DNA from: Acidobacteriota bacterium
GTDB taxonomy: Bacteria > Acidobacteriota > UBA890 > WLXD01
Direction of reading: 5' to 3'
Assembly (NCBI GenBank): GCA_965205505.1
Contig: CBDBHB010000009.1
Location: forward strand, 2,112,001-2,176,000
DNA: 64,000 nucleotides
Shown here piece after piece: positions 8,370 to 18,129 of this stretch. Made by a program: the position numbers and the translations under genes. A model generated the notes under the pieces. The model was not told where the DNA came from, did not search any database, and was given only the letters and a program-made list of their open reading frames with translations. The stretch's first letter is position 1, and each line of letters starts with the position of its first letter.

Positions 8370-11012
8370 GTGAGTTTCCGTAGCGACGACGTCCGGCAAA
8401 GTTTCATCGAGTACTTCGCCGGGCAAGGCCATACGCGGGTGGCGAGCAGCAGCCTCGTACCTGCCGACGATCCCACGTTGCTGTTCACCAACGCGGGCAT
8501 GAACCAGTTCAAGGCGACGTTTCTGGGCGAGTCCAGTCGCCCGTACCGTCGCGCTGTGACGTCACAGAAGTGCATGCGCGTGTCGGGAAAGCACAATGAC
8601 CTCGAGACCGTAGGCCCGTCGCTGTACCACCACACGTTCTTCGAGATGCTGGGCAACTTCTCGTTTGGCGACTACTTCAAGGCCGAGGCCATCGTCATGG
8701 CTTGGGAGCTGATGACCGAGCACTTCCAGCTTCCCAAGGAACGCCTGTGGGCGACGGTGTTCGAGGAGGATGACGAGGCCGAAGAGCTCTGGATACAGGA
8801 GACCGACATCCAGCCCAAACGCGTCCTGCGACTCGGCAAGGAGGACAACTACTGGTCGATGGGGGATACCGGACCGTGCGGTCCTTGCTCCGAGCTCCAC
8901 TATGACTACGAGCTCGGCGAGCCGCAGGGTCCCGTAGATCTCGACGCCGATCGATTCGTCGAGCTGTGGAATCTGGTCTTCATGCAGTTCAACACCAACG
9001 CCGACGGCAGCACCGAGCCGCTGCCCAATCCCAACATCGACACTGGCGCCGGCCTCGAACGGTTGACCGCGGTTCTGCAGGGAACACGGTCAAACTACGA
9101 CACTGATCTGTTCCGCCCCATTATCGAGGCCGTCGCCGACCAGACTGGGAGTGCGTACGGCGATGCTGCCGACAGCGACATGGCGCTTCGGGTTATCGGC
9201 GACCACAGCCGCGCCTTGGCTTTCTTGCTCGCCGACGGGGTGATGCCGGCCAACGAGGGCCGCGGCTACGTTCTCCGAAGGCTCTTGCGGCGCGCCATGC
9301 GGTTCGGCATGAAGCTGGGACTCGACCGACCGTTTCTACACACCACCGCGCTGACCGTGGTAGATCGGATGGGCGCGATCTATTCGGAGTTGGAAGAGCA
9401 CCACGACCTGATTGGTCGTGTAGTGCAAACGGAGGAAGAGCGGTTTCTACAGACGCTCTCGTCGGGCTCACAGAGGTTCAACGAGCTAGCCGCCGGTCTG
9501 AAGGCCGCTGCGGAATCGACCATTCCGGGTGAGGAGGCCTTTCGTCTCTATGACACATTCGGCCTGCCCATCGAGCTGACGCGCGAGTTCGCTACGGCGG
9601 AGGGACTGAGCATCGACGAGGAGGGGTTCGCGACGGCGCTCGAGGCACAACGGGCGCGCGCGCGCTCGGCCTGGAAGGGTGCCGATGATGAGCCAGTGCG
9701 CGATCTGGTGCGCAGGCTGACCGTCGCCAGTGAGCCGACGGAGTTCCTCGCGTATGTGAGCACCGAGGTCAACGAGGCGCGCGTCGTGGTGTTGATCCGC
9801 GATGGAGAGTCCGTCGACGGGCTCGTTGCCGGGGAAGAAGGCGGCGTGTTGGTGGATCGAACGCCCTTCTACGCCGAGTCCGGTGGTCAGGTCGCCGACG
9901 TCGGCGAAATGCGCTGGGCGGGCGGATTTGGCCTCGTCACCGACGTACAGCGGCCGGTGACTGGAGCGATCCTGCATTCTGTGAAGGTGCAAGAGGGCGA
10001 GCTGCTACTCGGGCAACAGGTGTCGCTTCAGGTTGACGCCAGGCGTCGCCAGAACATCCAGCGTAACCACACCGCCACCCACCTGTTGCACGCGGCGCTG
10101 CGTGAGCAGCTCGGCGAGCATGTGCGCCAAGCAGGCTCGCTGGTTGACGAAGGCCGTCTACGCTTCGATTTCGCTCACTTCGAGGCCGTCGAGTCGACAC
10201 AGCTGGAGCAACTGGAAACTGAGGTCAATGCCGCTATTCGGGGCGACCTGGCGCTCGGCATCGAAGAGACGGATTACGACGATGCCATCGAGCGCGGCGC
10301 GCTTGCCTTCTTCGGCGACAAGTATGGCGATCGAGTTCGAGTGGTGAACATACCTGGTGTCTCGACGGAGCTGTGCGGCGGAACGCACGTCGGTCGCACG
10401 GGCGAGATAGGCGCGTTCGTCGTCCAGCGCGAGGAGAGCATCGGAGCGGGGATCCGGCGGATCGAGGCGGTGACTGGAGAACCAGCTTTGCGCCTGTTGC
10501 AGCACTACCGAGGGCTGGTGCGAGATGCTGCCGGGCGCATGCGAACCCCCGAGGATCAACTCGCCGACGGCGTCGAGAAGCTGGTGCAGCGAACCTACGA
10601 CGCCGAGCGTGAGGTGGATCGCCTGCGCCTGCGTCTGGCGTCGCAAGAGGCCGGAAGCGATGTGGACGCCGACGTGATCGAGGTCGACGGCGTGCGGGTG
10701 CTGCGCCGCGAGGTCGAGGGGCTCGACGCATCGGGATTGCGCAACCTGGTCGACGAGCTCAAGGCGAAGGTGGGATCCGGAGTGGTAGTAGTCGGTCTGA
10801 GGAACGATGCCAAGGCGGCGCTAGTGGTAGGCGTTACAGCCGACCTGGTCGCCCGGATCGACGCCAGTGAGGTGATCCGGATGATCGCGCCGATCGTCGG
10901 TGGGGGCGGCGGAGGTCACCGCGAGCTAGCGCAGGCAGGTGGTCCCGAAGCAGGAAAAGTCAGTGAAGCACTAAAGAGGGCTCCAGAACTGATTGCTGAG
11001 CTGCTACAGTAA
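8370..11012 (+). CDS. alaS: Alanine--tRNA ligase
   Basis: LLFTNAGMNQFK, HHTFFEMLGNFSFGDYFK, HTATHLLH and ELCGGTH motifs; C-terminal GGGGGG. Confidence 0.98.
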   Translation: MSFRSDDVRQSFIEYFAGQGHTRVASSSLVPADDPTLLFTNAGMNQFKATFLGESSRPYRRAVTSQKCMRVSGKHNDLETVGPSLYHHTFFEMLGNFSFGDYFKAEAIVMAWELMTEHFQLPKERLWATVFEEDDEAEELWIQETDIQPKRVLRLGKEDNYWSMGDTGPCGPCSELHYDYELGEPQGPVDLDADRFVELWNLVFMQFNTNADGSTEPLPNPNIDTGAGLERLTAVLQGTRSNYDTDLFRPIIEAVADQTGSAYGDAADSDMALRVIGDHSRALAFLLADGVMPANEGRGYVLRRLLRRAMRFGMKLGLDRPFLHTTALTVVDRMGAIYSELEEHHDLIGRVVQTEEERFLQTLSSGSQRFNELAAGLKAAAESTIPGEEAFRLYDTFGLPIELTREFATAEGLSIDEEGFATALEAQRARARSAWKGADDEPVRDLVRRLTVASEPTEFLAYVSTEVNEARVVVLIRDGESVDGLVAGEEGGVLVDRTPFYAESGGQVADVGEMRWAGGFGLVTDVQRPVTGAILHSVKVQEGELLLGQQVSLQVDARRRQNIQRNHTATHLLHAALREQLGEHVRQAGSLVDEGRLRFDFAHFEAVESTQLEQLETEVNAAIRGDLALGIEETDYDDAIERGALAFFGDKYGDRVRVVNIPGVSTELCGGTHVGRTGEIGAFVVQREESIGAGIRRIEAVTGEPALRLLQHYRGLVRDAAGRMRTPEDQLADGVEKLVQRTYDAEREVDRLRLRLASQEAGSDVDADVIEVDGVRVLRREVEGLDASGLRNLVDELKAKVGSGVVVVGLRNDAKAALVVGVTADLVARIDASEVIRMIAPIVGGGGGGHRELAQAGGPEAGKVSEALKRAPELIAELLQ

Positions 11013-11107
11013 GATTTAGATCGCCTGCGATGCGGACCGCATAAGGAACGCTCGCAATGCGATAGAGGGTCTGCGCTACCGCTTGGGGGGCAAGTAGGAG
11101 GGCGGTC

Positions 11108-11725
11108 ATGGCCGTTGCTTGGCGACGTGGCGCGTTCAAGGCTGGACTGGTGGGAGCCACGATGCTCGCTCTGGTCTTCGCCGACGCGCGCCCAGCGAGA
11201 GCCCAAATCTGGGTAGTGACGGATGCGGACGGATCGCAGCGATTCACGACATCGCCCGAGCCAGGCGCAGTGGTATTCATGCGCACCATTCACGGCGCCC
11301 GCACCGGGCGAATGATGACCGTCGGCATTCCGGCACCCCGTTACCGTGACGAAATTGCCAGCGCGTCGGAGCGCACAGGCTTGGCGCCGGCGTTGATCAT
11401 CGCGGTGATCGCCGCGGAGTCGAACTTCAATCCCAACGCGAGGTCATCGAAAGGTGCACAGGGCCTGATGCAGCTCATGCCGGCAACGGCCGCCTCGCTG
11501 GGTGTGCGCAACGTGTGGGATCCTCGCCAGAACATTCGAGCTGGCTCCGACTTTCTTGCCCGCTTGTACGCCAAGTACGACGATCTTTCCCTCGCCCTGG
11601 CGGCCTACAACGCCGGAGAGGGGACCGTGGCGCGACACGGCGGTGTGCCCCCGTTTCGAGAGACGCGCAACTATGTACGGCGCGTTCTGAGTTACTACGA
11701 GCGTTATCGGGGCGGGGATCCATAG
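11108..11725 (+). CDS. Lytic transglycosylase (SLT domain)
   Basis: Signal peptide; AESNF, GLMQLMP, AAYNAG and ETRNYV motifs. Confidence 0.9.
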   Translation: MAVAWRRGAFKAGLVGATMLALVFADARPARAQIWVVTDADGSQRFTTSPEPGAVVFMRTIHGARTGRMMTVGIPAPRYRDEIASASERTGLAPALIIAVIAAESNFNPNARSSKGAQGLMQLMPATAASLGVRNVWDPRQNIRAGSDFLARLYAKYDDLSLALAAYNAGEGTVARHGGVPPFRETRNYVRRVLSYYERYRGGDP

Positions 11726-11800
11726 GCCTGCGCACTTCTATTGCGTTGCGCTAGCTAATTCTGACTGACCCTAGCTAACTGCGTGACTTTTCGGCCCCTG

Positions 11801-11830
11801 TTGCAGTCGGAGCACTTTCCGTCCTATACT
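11801..11830 (+). promoter_or_regulatory. Putative sigma70 promoter for the amidase gene
   Basis: TTGCAG-18nt-TATACT. Confidence 0.4.
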
Positions 11831-11906
11831 CTGACCTGATCGCTGATCAACGGGGCGAAAGTCAGGGAGGGGCTGCGTAAAGGGTGGCATGGTGCGGAGT
11901 TTTGCC

Positions 11907-13778
11907 ATGGCCATCAAGCAGACCGTGTTTTCTGCTGTAGCATGTCTGGTGGGAATCGCCCTGGCGGCGAGTCCGACGGCAGGAGAAGTCGCCTCGGCCG
12001 GCGTGTTGTTCGAACGCGCCGAGACCCTTTACCGTCAGTTGCGGACTGTCGATCCGGAGTGCGCTGACGACGCCTCTTGGAACCGCCTGCTCACCGCCTT
12101 TGGCCGGATCCCGGTGGAATTCCCTGCCAACCCACTGGCCGGCGATGCGCTCTGGCGTATCGGTGACATCCACTCACGGCGAATGGCTGCTGGCGACCTC
12201 GATGCAGTGGTGGCGGCGCAAGCAGCATACGAGTCGCTGACCAAGCGGTATCCGAGCAACGTGTACGCGCCTGAAGCGTACCTCCGTCTCGGAGACCTGG
12301 CGCGTCCGAGCGAGTCATCGGGCTACTACTTCCGTCTTCTGGAGAGTTTTCCCGGCTCCCCACAGGCAGAGGAGGCCAGCCGTCGCATCATCGGGGGCCG
12401 CAGATCTGCTGCGCCCGACACCGTCGTAGCAGACAACTCGACGGTTGAGGTGCCCGCCGCCGAGCCTGTGGCTCGCGACACACCGCCATCTTCTGATAAA
12501 CAGCCGCCCGTCGAGGAGCTGGAGACGATGCCCACCCCCGTCTCCGGTCCCTCGGCTGGGCGCGTTTCGGTAGAGACCGAGACCGCCGAGGCGCCAATCA
12601 CCACAACAGTGGCGAGCGTCGCTACCACAGCGGTAGAGGCGGCGGCAGCTGGCGAGGTGTCTCAACCCGCGGCATCGACATTGGCGCCGACGGTTACCGG
12701 CCGGGTACTGAGCGTGCGTCACTTCTCGGACGGCAAGCACACGCGCGTAGTCTTCGATCTCGACAATCCGGTGCAGCACCGTATCGGCGAGGCACTGGCG
12801 CCACCGCGCGTGTTCATCGACTTGATCGGAGCTGATTTGGCGAAGAGCCTGCCGCGGAGCGTGGCGATCAACGGCTCCGGAGTTCGACAGATCCGTCTGG
12901 CGGTCAACCGTCCGGGCGTAGTGCGCGCAGTTCTCGACCTGACCGGTGCCGTCGAGTACAGCTTCTTCACACTGGCCCGGCCGCCGCGACTGGTTCTCGA
13001 TATACCGAGCGCCGCGATGTCGAAGCGACTCGCCAACGCTCGCCGCCCAGATCCTCCAGAGGGCGGATCGGAGGCTCGGCAGCTTGGTTTCGGTGTGCGC
13101 CGTATCGTCATCGATCCGGGGCACGGGGGCACTTCGCCGGGCGCGATCGGTCGGTCCGGATCGACCGAGAAGGAGCTCACGCTCGACATTTCACGCCGCG
13201 TCGCGGGCAATCTACGCGACAGCCAGTACGAAGTGTCGCTGACAAGATCCGACGACAGCAACATCGATCTAGAGGACAGGGCGAGCTTCGCCACGAGGAG
13301 TGGTGCCGACCTGTTCGTCTCGATCCACGTCAACTCGAGCACGAATCGCAATCTGACCGGGTTTGAGACCTACTACCTCGATTTGGCCACCGATCCGACA
13401 GCCGCAGAGACAGCGGCGCGTGAGAACTTGACGGCTCGGGGTGGAGTAGGCGGATTGAACGAGGTGCTGGACGAGATCGTACGCAACGCCAACAAGCGCG
13501 AGTCACGTGATTTGGCCACCTCCATTCAGGACAGCCTGGTCATGCAGATGAGCAAGCAGTACGGCGACGTCCGTGACTTGGGCGTCAAGCATGCTCCCTT
13601 CGTAGTGCTGGTGGGCGCGGAAATGCCGGCGGTGCTGGTGGAGGTGTCGTTTCTGAGCAACCCGACGGAAGAGACGCGTCTGAACGACGACGCCTACCGC
13701 CAGCAAGTTGCCGACGCGATTCACATCGGCATCGAGAACTTCGTCGAGCGTCGCCGCATGGTCAGCGCCGCGGAGTGA
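11907..13778 (+). CDS. N-acetylmuramoyl-L-alanine amidase (TPR-like, Pro/Thr/Ala linker, AMIN, Amidase_3)
   Basis: IVIDPGHGG, EKELTL, FVSIHVN and VLVEVSFLSN motifs; TRVVFDL/RAVLDL AMIN strands; signal peptide. Confidence 0.92.
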   Translation: MAIKQTVFSAVACLVGIALAASPTAGEVASAGVLFERAETLYRQLRTVDPECADDASWNRLLTAFGRIPVEFPANPLAGDALWRIGDIHSRRMAAGDLDAVVAAQAAYESLTKRYPSNVYAPEAYLRLGDLARPSESSGYYFRLLESFPGSPQAEEASRRIIGGRRSAAPDTVVADNSTVEVPAAEPVARDTPPSSDKQPPVEELETMPTPVSGPSAGRVSVETETAEAPITTTVASVATTAVEAAAAGEVSQPAASTLAPTVTGRVLSVRHFSDGKHTRVVFDLDNPVQHRIGEALAPPRVFIDLIGADLAKSLPRSVAINGSGVRQIRLAVNRPGVVRAVLDLTGAVEYSFFTLARPPRLVLDIPSAAMSKRLANARRPDPPEGGSEARQLGFGVRRIVIDPGHGGTSPGAIGRSGSTEKELTLDISRRVAGNLRDSQYEVSLTRSDDSNIDLEDRASFATRSGADLFVSIHVNSSTNRNLTGFETYYLDLATDPTAAETAARENLTARGGVGGLNEVLDEIVRNANKRESRDLATSIQDSLVMQMSKQYGDVRDLGVKHAPFVVLVGAEMPAVLVEVSFLSNPTEETRLNDDAYRQQVADAIHIGIENFVERRRMVSAAE

Positions 13779-13791
13779 TCTTGATTCCCCA

Positions 13792-13806
13792 ACCACGGCC
13801 TGCTAA
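13792..13806. repeat. Remnant of a type-B terminal repeat (ACCACGGCCTGCTAA)
   Basis: Matches 25099-25113 except CTAA for CTAG; contains the stop codon of the PTPS-like gene. Confidence 0.5.
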
Positions 13807-14180
13807 ACAGGCCGATACGTCGCGCTGAATCCAGCGGCCTCGCCGATCGTCAGCTCGATGAGGGGCAGCCCCGGGAGGCGACGCCCGAGTAGATGCGCTA
13901 GCTGCCTGGCCACTTCTTCCGCTGTGGGACTGAGCTGATCGAATGGCGCCACATCGTTGAGGCTTCGTCCGCGATGTCGTCGCGCCCAGTCTGCGATTAC
14001 CACTCTCGCCTGCTGAGCTGCCGTCTCGGCGGCGCCCGGCGAGGGTTCGAACACCGCCGCCACGCGCCAGTGGTGAACGTGGATCGGCTCGTGCGATCCT
14101 CGGTCGTCGATACGAATGCGATGGGCGGCGGGGAAACTGCCGCGAATGCGAATTCGAGTTCGAGCGATCGCCGGGCGCAT
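13803..14180 (-). CDS. 6-pyruvoyl-tetrahydropterin synthase (QueD/PTPS) family protein lacking the active-site Cys
   Basis: FPAAHRI, EPIHVHHW, LNDV and PTAEEVA motifs; C-terminal E..GFSATY. Confidence 0.75.
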   Translation of the reverse strand: MRPAIARTRIRIRGSFPAAHRIRIDDRGSHEPIHVHHWRVAAVFEPSPGAAETAAQQARVVIADWARRHRGRSLNDVAPFDQLSPTAEEVARQLAHLLGRRLPGLPLIELTIGEAAGFSATYRPV

Positions 14181-14253
14181 GACACCCATTTTATTCGGAC
14201 CGCCGTGCCGGCTAAACTCACAGACCACTTTCGCACCTGTTGAGCCCACGACG

Positions 14254-14850
14254 ATGAGCACCGATTCCAAACCCTCGGAGACAGTCTCGGCGGCCAGTCC
14301 CACAGCCGTCAACGTACTGTGGACGCTTCCCAACGCCCTCACGTTGCTGCGCATCTTCCTGGTTCCGTTGTTGGTGGCGTTTCTCCTGACCCGCTACGCC
14401 TGGACCGGGCTCACCGTCTTCCTGGCGGCTTCGTTCACCGACTGGCTCGACGGCCATCTGGCGCGCAAGCACAGTCAGGTAACCACGTTGGGGCAGCTTC
14501 TCGACCCGGTAGCCGACAAACTGCTCATCTCGGCGGCATTCGTCTCCTTGGTCCAACTCGGCCTGGCACCGGCGTGGATGGTCGTCGTGATCATTGGCCG
14601 AGATCTCGCGGTGACCGGGCTTCGGGCGGTCGCGGCGGCTCGAAACATCATCATCCCGGCCGGCACGGTGGGGAAGTACAAGTTGGGTGCTCAGGTCGTC
14701 GCGGTGTCGATCTTGATCCTGCGCGCTCGCTTCGATTGGCTCGAGGTGCCGGGGCAAATCGCCCTGTGGGTAGTGGTGTCGTTAGCAGCGGTGTCCGCCG
14801 TGCAGTATTTCCTCGGTTTCTGGAACCGGGTTGGAATAGCGGAGCAATAA
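14254..14850 (+). CDS. pgsA: CDP-diacylglycerol--glycerol-3-phosphate 3-phosphatidyltransferase
   Basis: PNALTLLRI and TDWLDGHLAR...G..LDPVADK motifs. Confidence 0.92.
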   Translation: MSTDSKPSETVSAASPTAVNVLWTLPNALTLLRIFLVPLLVAFLLTRYAWTGLTVFLAASFTDWLDGHLARKHSQVTTLGQLLDPVADKLLISAAFVSLVQLGLAPAWMVVVIIGRDLAVTGLRAVAAARNIIIPAGTVGKYKLGAQVVAVSILILRARFDWLEVPGQIALWVVVSLAAVSAVQYFLGFWNRVGIAEQ

Positions 14851-14874
14851 AGGCTTTTCGAGGCCGCCGCCCGC

Positions 14875-15903
14875 TCAGCTGCGTACCAGTGGCTCCCGGA
14901 GACCTGGGTCCTGCCCAAGCGCCTTCAGCAGGCGACGGATGAGGGTCTCCGCCATCTCGTCGTAGCCGCCGTCCGGAACCGGCACCTGTCCACCCGCCAT
15001 CGTTCCGTGGCCGCCGGCCGTACCTAGTCCGGCAACAATGCGTCGGATGAAGCGCCCGGCGTGGGCGAAGGGATCGGTAGTACGGAGCGAGACGACCAGA
15101 TCGTTTCGGTGTCGTCCGATGCAGCAAGACCACTCCGTGCCTTGGAGACGCAGGAGGAAGTCGGCGATCTCGGCAACAATGTCGGGGGTGGCTACCGCCC
15201 GCAGGTCGGTCATCACGACTTTGTCGTGGATGAACGCGCGCTCGATGGCCTGGTGGAAGGCGCTGAAGTACTCGCGCGGCACGGGAGCACGTTGGATACG
15301 CGCGACCGAAACCAAGTCGGCCTGCTCGAGCAATCGGAAATAGGCCTCCCGATCGGCGTCTCCCGCCTCGCGACCCAAATCGAGTGTCTCCGACCGGATG
15401 GCGTAGAAGAGCGCGGTAGCGAGGTTGGCCGGCAACTCCAGCTCGGCCGCATCGAGGTACTCGAGCATCATCGTTGCCGTGGCGCCGTAGTGTTCACGAA
15501 CGTCAGCAAAGGCCACCGTTTCGGGAACGAACTTCAGCGGGTGGTGGTCGAAGACGGCGATCAGCGGCCACTCGTCGATCCAGGAGTTGTTGCCGGTACC
15601 CGGCTGTGTGTCGACCATGGCGAAGGCGGGCATCTCGCTGAGGTCGAGCGTAGACAACGGCTCTGGGTCGAGGCCGAGCACGTGGACCATCGCACGGTTC
15701 TCGGCTCGTCCGATCAGCCCGGAAAACGCCACCCGCGCCGTCGTGTCACAAACGCTCTCGAGGAGGAGGCGGAGGGCAAAGGCGCTGGCAAGCGCATCAG
15801 GATCGGGATCGTCGTGCGTCAAGATGACCGCCGACGGGATGGCCTTGAAAGCCCGCCGGAGCTGCTCGAGATTCGCGGTTGATCGTGACGCCCCCGGCGT
15901 CAC
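14875..15903 (-). CDS. DHH/DHHA1 phosphoesterase
   Basis: HDDPDPDA, VDTQ, DHH and GGHGTMAGG motifs; GTG start overlaps the pepA stop. Confidence 0.88.
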   Translation of the reverse strand: MTPGASRSTANLEQLRRAFKAIPSAVILTHDDPDPDALASAFALRLLLESVCDTTARVAFSGLIGRAENRAMVHVLGLDPEPLSTLDLSEMPAFAMVDTQPGTGNNSWIDEWPLIAVFDHHPLKFVPETVAFADVREHYGATATMMLEYLDAAELELPANLATALFYAIRSETLDLGREAGDADREAYFRLLEQADLVSVARIQRAPVPREYFSAFHQAIERAFIHDKVVMTDLRAVATPDIVAEIADFLLRLQGTEWSCCIGRHRNDLVVSLRTTDPFAHAGRFIRRIVAGLGTAGGHGTMAGGQVPVPDGGYDEMAETLIRRLLKALGQDPGLREPLVRS

Positions 15904-17387
15904 GCTTGTGCTCGGCTCCGCAACCAGCTCACCAGCAGCCTCACGCCGAAGCCGGCGCCGCCACGCGGGACGTAAGGGGTCGCCTTCGTCCGGTACGCCG
16001 GCCCAGCGATATCCAGGTGCGCCCACGGCGTGTCGTCGACAAATCTCTCCAGGAACTTGGCTGCGGTAATGGCGCCTGCCCAGCGGGCGCCGCTGTTCTT
16101 GATGTCGGCGACCTTGCTGTCGATCATCTTGGCGTAGTGCGGAAACATCGGCATCCGCCACACGGGCTCGCCGACGCGCTCGCCGGCTGCCAGGAGCTCA
16201 GCGGCGAGGTCAGGGTCGTTGTCCATCAGCCCGGCGACGTCCTCGCCCAATGCCACGACACAGGCGCCCGTCAACGTGGCGAGATCGACGATACAGCGCG
16301 GCTGGAACCGCTCGCACGCGTAGGCAAGGGCATCGGCAAGGATCAACCGGCCCTCCGCATCCGTGTTGATTACCTCGATCGTCGTGCCGCCATAAGCTCG
16401 TATGAGGTCACCCGGTCGGTAGCTGTCACCACCCGGCATGTTCTCCGCCATCGGTACGACGCCGACAACGCGGGTGGGAAGATCGAGCTCCGCAACGGCG
16501 CGCATGGTTCCCAACGTGGCTGCTGCGCCCGACATATCCGACTTCATCTCGTCCATTGATGTTGCCGGCTTTAGCGAAATACCGCCAGTGTCGAACGTCA
16601 CGCCCTTTCCGACGATTACGATCGGGTCGGAGTCTGGATCCGCACCGGCATGCTCGATCACGACGACCCGTGGCTCGACGGAAGAGCCACGCGCTACCGC
16701 CAACAACGCGGTCATCCCCAGATCGCGCGCCGCAGACTCGTCGATGACGTGGCAATCGAGCCCGGCATCGGCAGCCATCCGTTCGGCTACCGCGGCCAGG
16801 GCGGGGGGTCGCTTATCACTAGGTGAGGTGTTGATCAGGTCACGGGCCCAGCAGGTGGCGCGTGCGACGATGGTGGCGACGCCCACCTCGGGCTCCACGC
16901 TGTCGGACACTCCGACAATCCGGAGCTCAGCGATCACCGTCTCGTCGTCTGCAGGCTGCTTGAACTCGGTGAAGCGATACTCGCCGAGTAGCACCGCCTC
17001 CGCGGTTGCCGCTGCGATGCTCTCTTCGGAGTCCACGTCGAGGCGCACGGCTACGGCCAGGCGGCGCGCCCCGTGTCGGCGTGCGGCGGCGGCTCCACGT
17101 GCCACGGCGCGACGCCACGATTCCAGGTTGACATCGGCCGGCTTTCCGAGCCCCACGAGGACGAGCTCACGGGGCCCGCCCCCGGCCCGGAGGGGAACAT
17201 GGAGACATCGGCCGGCCTTGCCGTTGAAAGCGGGGCCGTTCAACGCCGAGGTAATCAAGCCGCCAACCTGCTCGTCCAGGCCCTCCCAGGGGGCGGGACC
17301 GGAAGAGGCGGGGTAGGGCAGGATCAAGGCATCAGTGTCGAGGTCGGCCGCGAGAAGGCCGCCCACACGAACGTCGATTTCGGTCAT
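15900..17387 (-). CDS. pepA: Leucyl aminopeptidase (M17)
   Basis: GKGVTFDTGG, MKSDMSGAA, NTDAEGRL and HLDIAG motifs. Confidence 0.95.
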   Translation of the reverse strand: MTEIDVRVGGLLAADLDTDALILPYPASSGPAPWEGLDEQVGGLITSALNGPAFNGKAGRCLHVPLRAGGGPRELVLVGLGKPADVNLESWRRAVARGAAAARRHGARRLAVAVRLDVDSEESIAAATAEAVLLGEYRFTEFKQPADDETVIAELRIVGVSDSVEPEVGVATIVARATCWARDLINTSPSDKRPPALAAVAERMAADAGLDCHVIDESAARDLGMTALLAVARGSSVEPRVVVIEHAGADPDSDPIVIVGKGVTFDTGGISLKPATSMDEMKSDMSGAAATLGTMRAVAELDLPTRVVGVVPMAENMPGGDSYRPGDLIRAYGGTTIEVINTDAEGRLILADALAYACERFQPRCIVDLATLTGACVVALGEDVAGLMDNDPDLAAELLAAGERVGEPVWRMPMFPHYAKMIDSKVADIKNSGARWAGAITAAKFLERFVDDTPWAHLDIAGPAYRTKATPYVPRGGAGFGVRLLVSWLRSRAQA

Positions 17388-17407
17388 CGGGTTGGCTCCG
17401 GCGCCTG

Positions 17408-17965
17408 CTAGATGCGTGGTGCAGTGATGCCTGTCTGTGCCTGGTACTTGCCGCGACGGTCAGCATACGAGGTTTCACAAGTCGGGCTTCCCTCGAAAAA
17501 CAACAACTGCGCAATGCCCTCGTTGGCATAGATCCGCGCGGGCAGGGGGGTGGTATTAGAGATCTCCAGGGTGACATGACCCTCCCACTCCGGCTCCAAT
17601 GGGGTGACGTTGGTAATGATCCCGCAACGCGCATAGGTCGACTTGCCGACGCAAACTACCAGCACGTCACGCGGGATGCGGAAGTACTCGAGCGACCGCG
17701 CGAGGGCGAACGAGTTGGGCGGGATGATGCACTGCGGCCCCTCGTACTCGACCACCATCGAGTTCACGTCGAACGACTTCGGGTCAACCACTGTGCTTCG
17801 CACGTTGGTGAAGATCTGGAATTCCTCGGCGATCCGGAGGTCATAGCCGTACGATGACACCCCGTAGGAGATGATGCCGTCCGATACCTGAGTCTCCTCG
17901 AATGGCTCGATCATGCGCTGTTCTACAGCCATCTTCCTGATCCAGGTGTCAGGTTTGATGCTCAT
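17408..17965 (-). CDS. dcd: dCTP deaminase
   Basis: [25 protein letters not shown] and YADRRGKYQ motifs. Confidence 0.95.
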   Translation of the reverse strand: MSIKPDTWIRKMAVEQRMIEPFEETQVSDGIISYGVSSYGYDLRIAEEFQIFTNVRSTVVDPKSFDVNSMVVEYEGPQCIIPPNSFALARSLEYFRIPRDVLVVCVGKSTYARCGIITNVTPLEPEWEGHVTLEISNTTPLPARIYANEGIAQLLFFEGSPTCETSYADRRGKYQAQTGITAPRI

Positions 17966-17976
17966 TCGTTGAACTC

Positions 17977-18129
17977 CTAGTGTCCTGTACAGAGGTTCGT
18001 TGCATATTGTGGCGCGCGCGACCGAGTCGAATCCAAGGAGGCACGACGACGGCGATGCTGAGGGTATCGCAGAGGAGGGCCGACGTCGGAAGTGGCCAGA
18101 CCCACCACACTTTCACTCCGGCCTGCTAG
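17977..18129. mobile_element. Hybrid MITE-like element: type-A left end, core hairpin, type-B right end; CTAG at both ends
   Basis: CTAGTGTCCTGTACAGAGGTTCGTTGCATAT at the left end; CCAGACCCACCACACTTTCACTCCGGCCTGCTAG at the right end. Confidence 0.7.

Noticed and set aside
11020-11065. Nested palindromes after alaS (ATCGC/GCGAT, TGCGA/TCGCA, ATGCGG-CCGCAT)
   Set aside because: Single copy with no U-tract and no clear match to the repeat core; probably an ordinary 3' structure.
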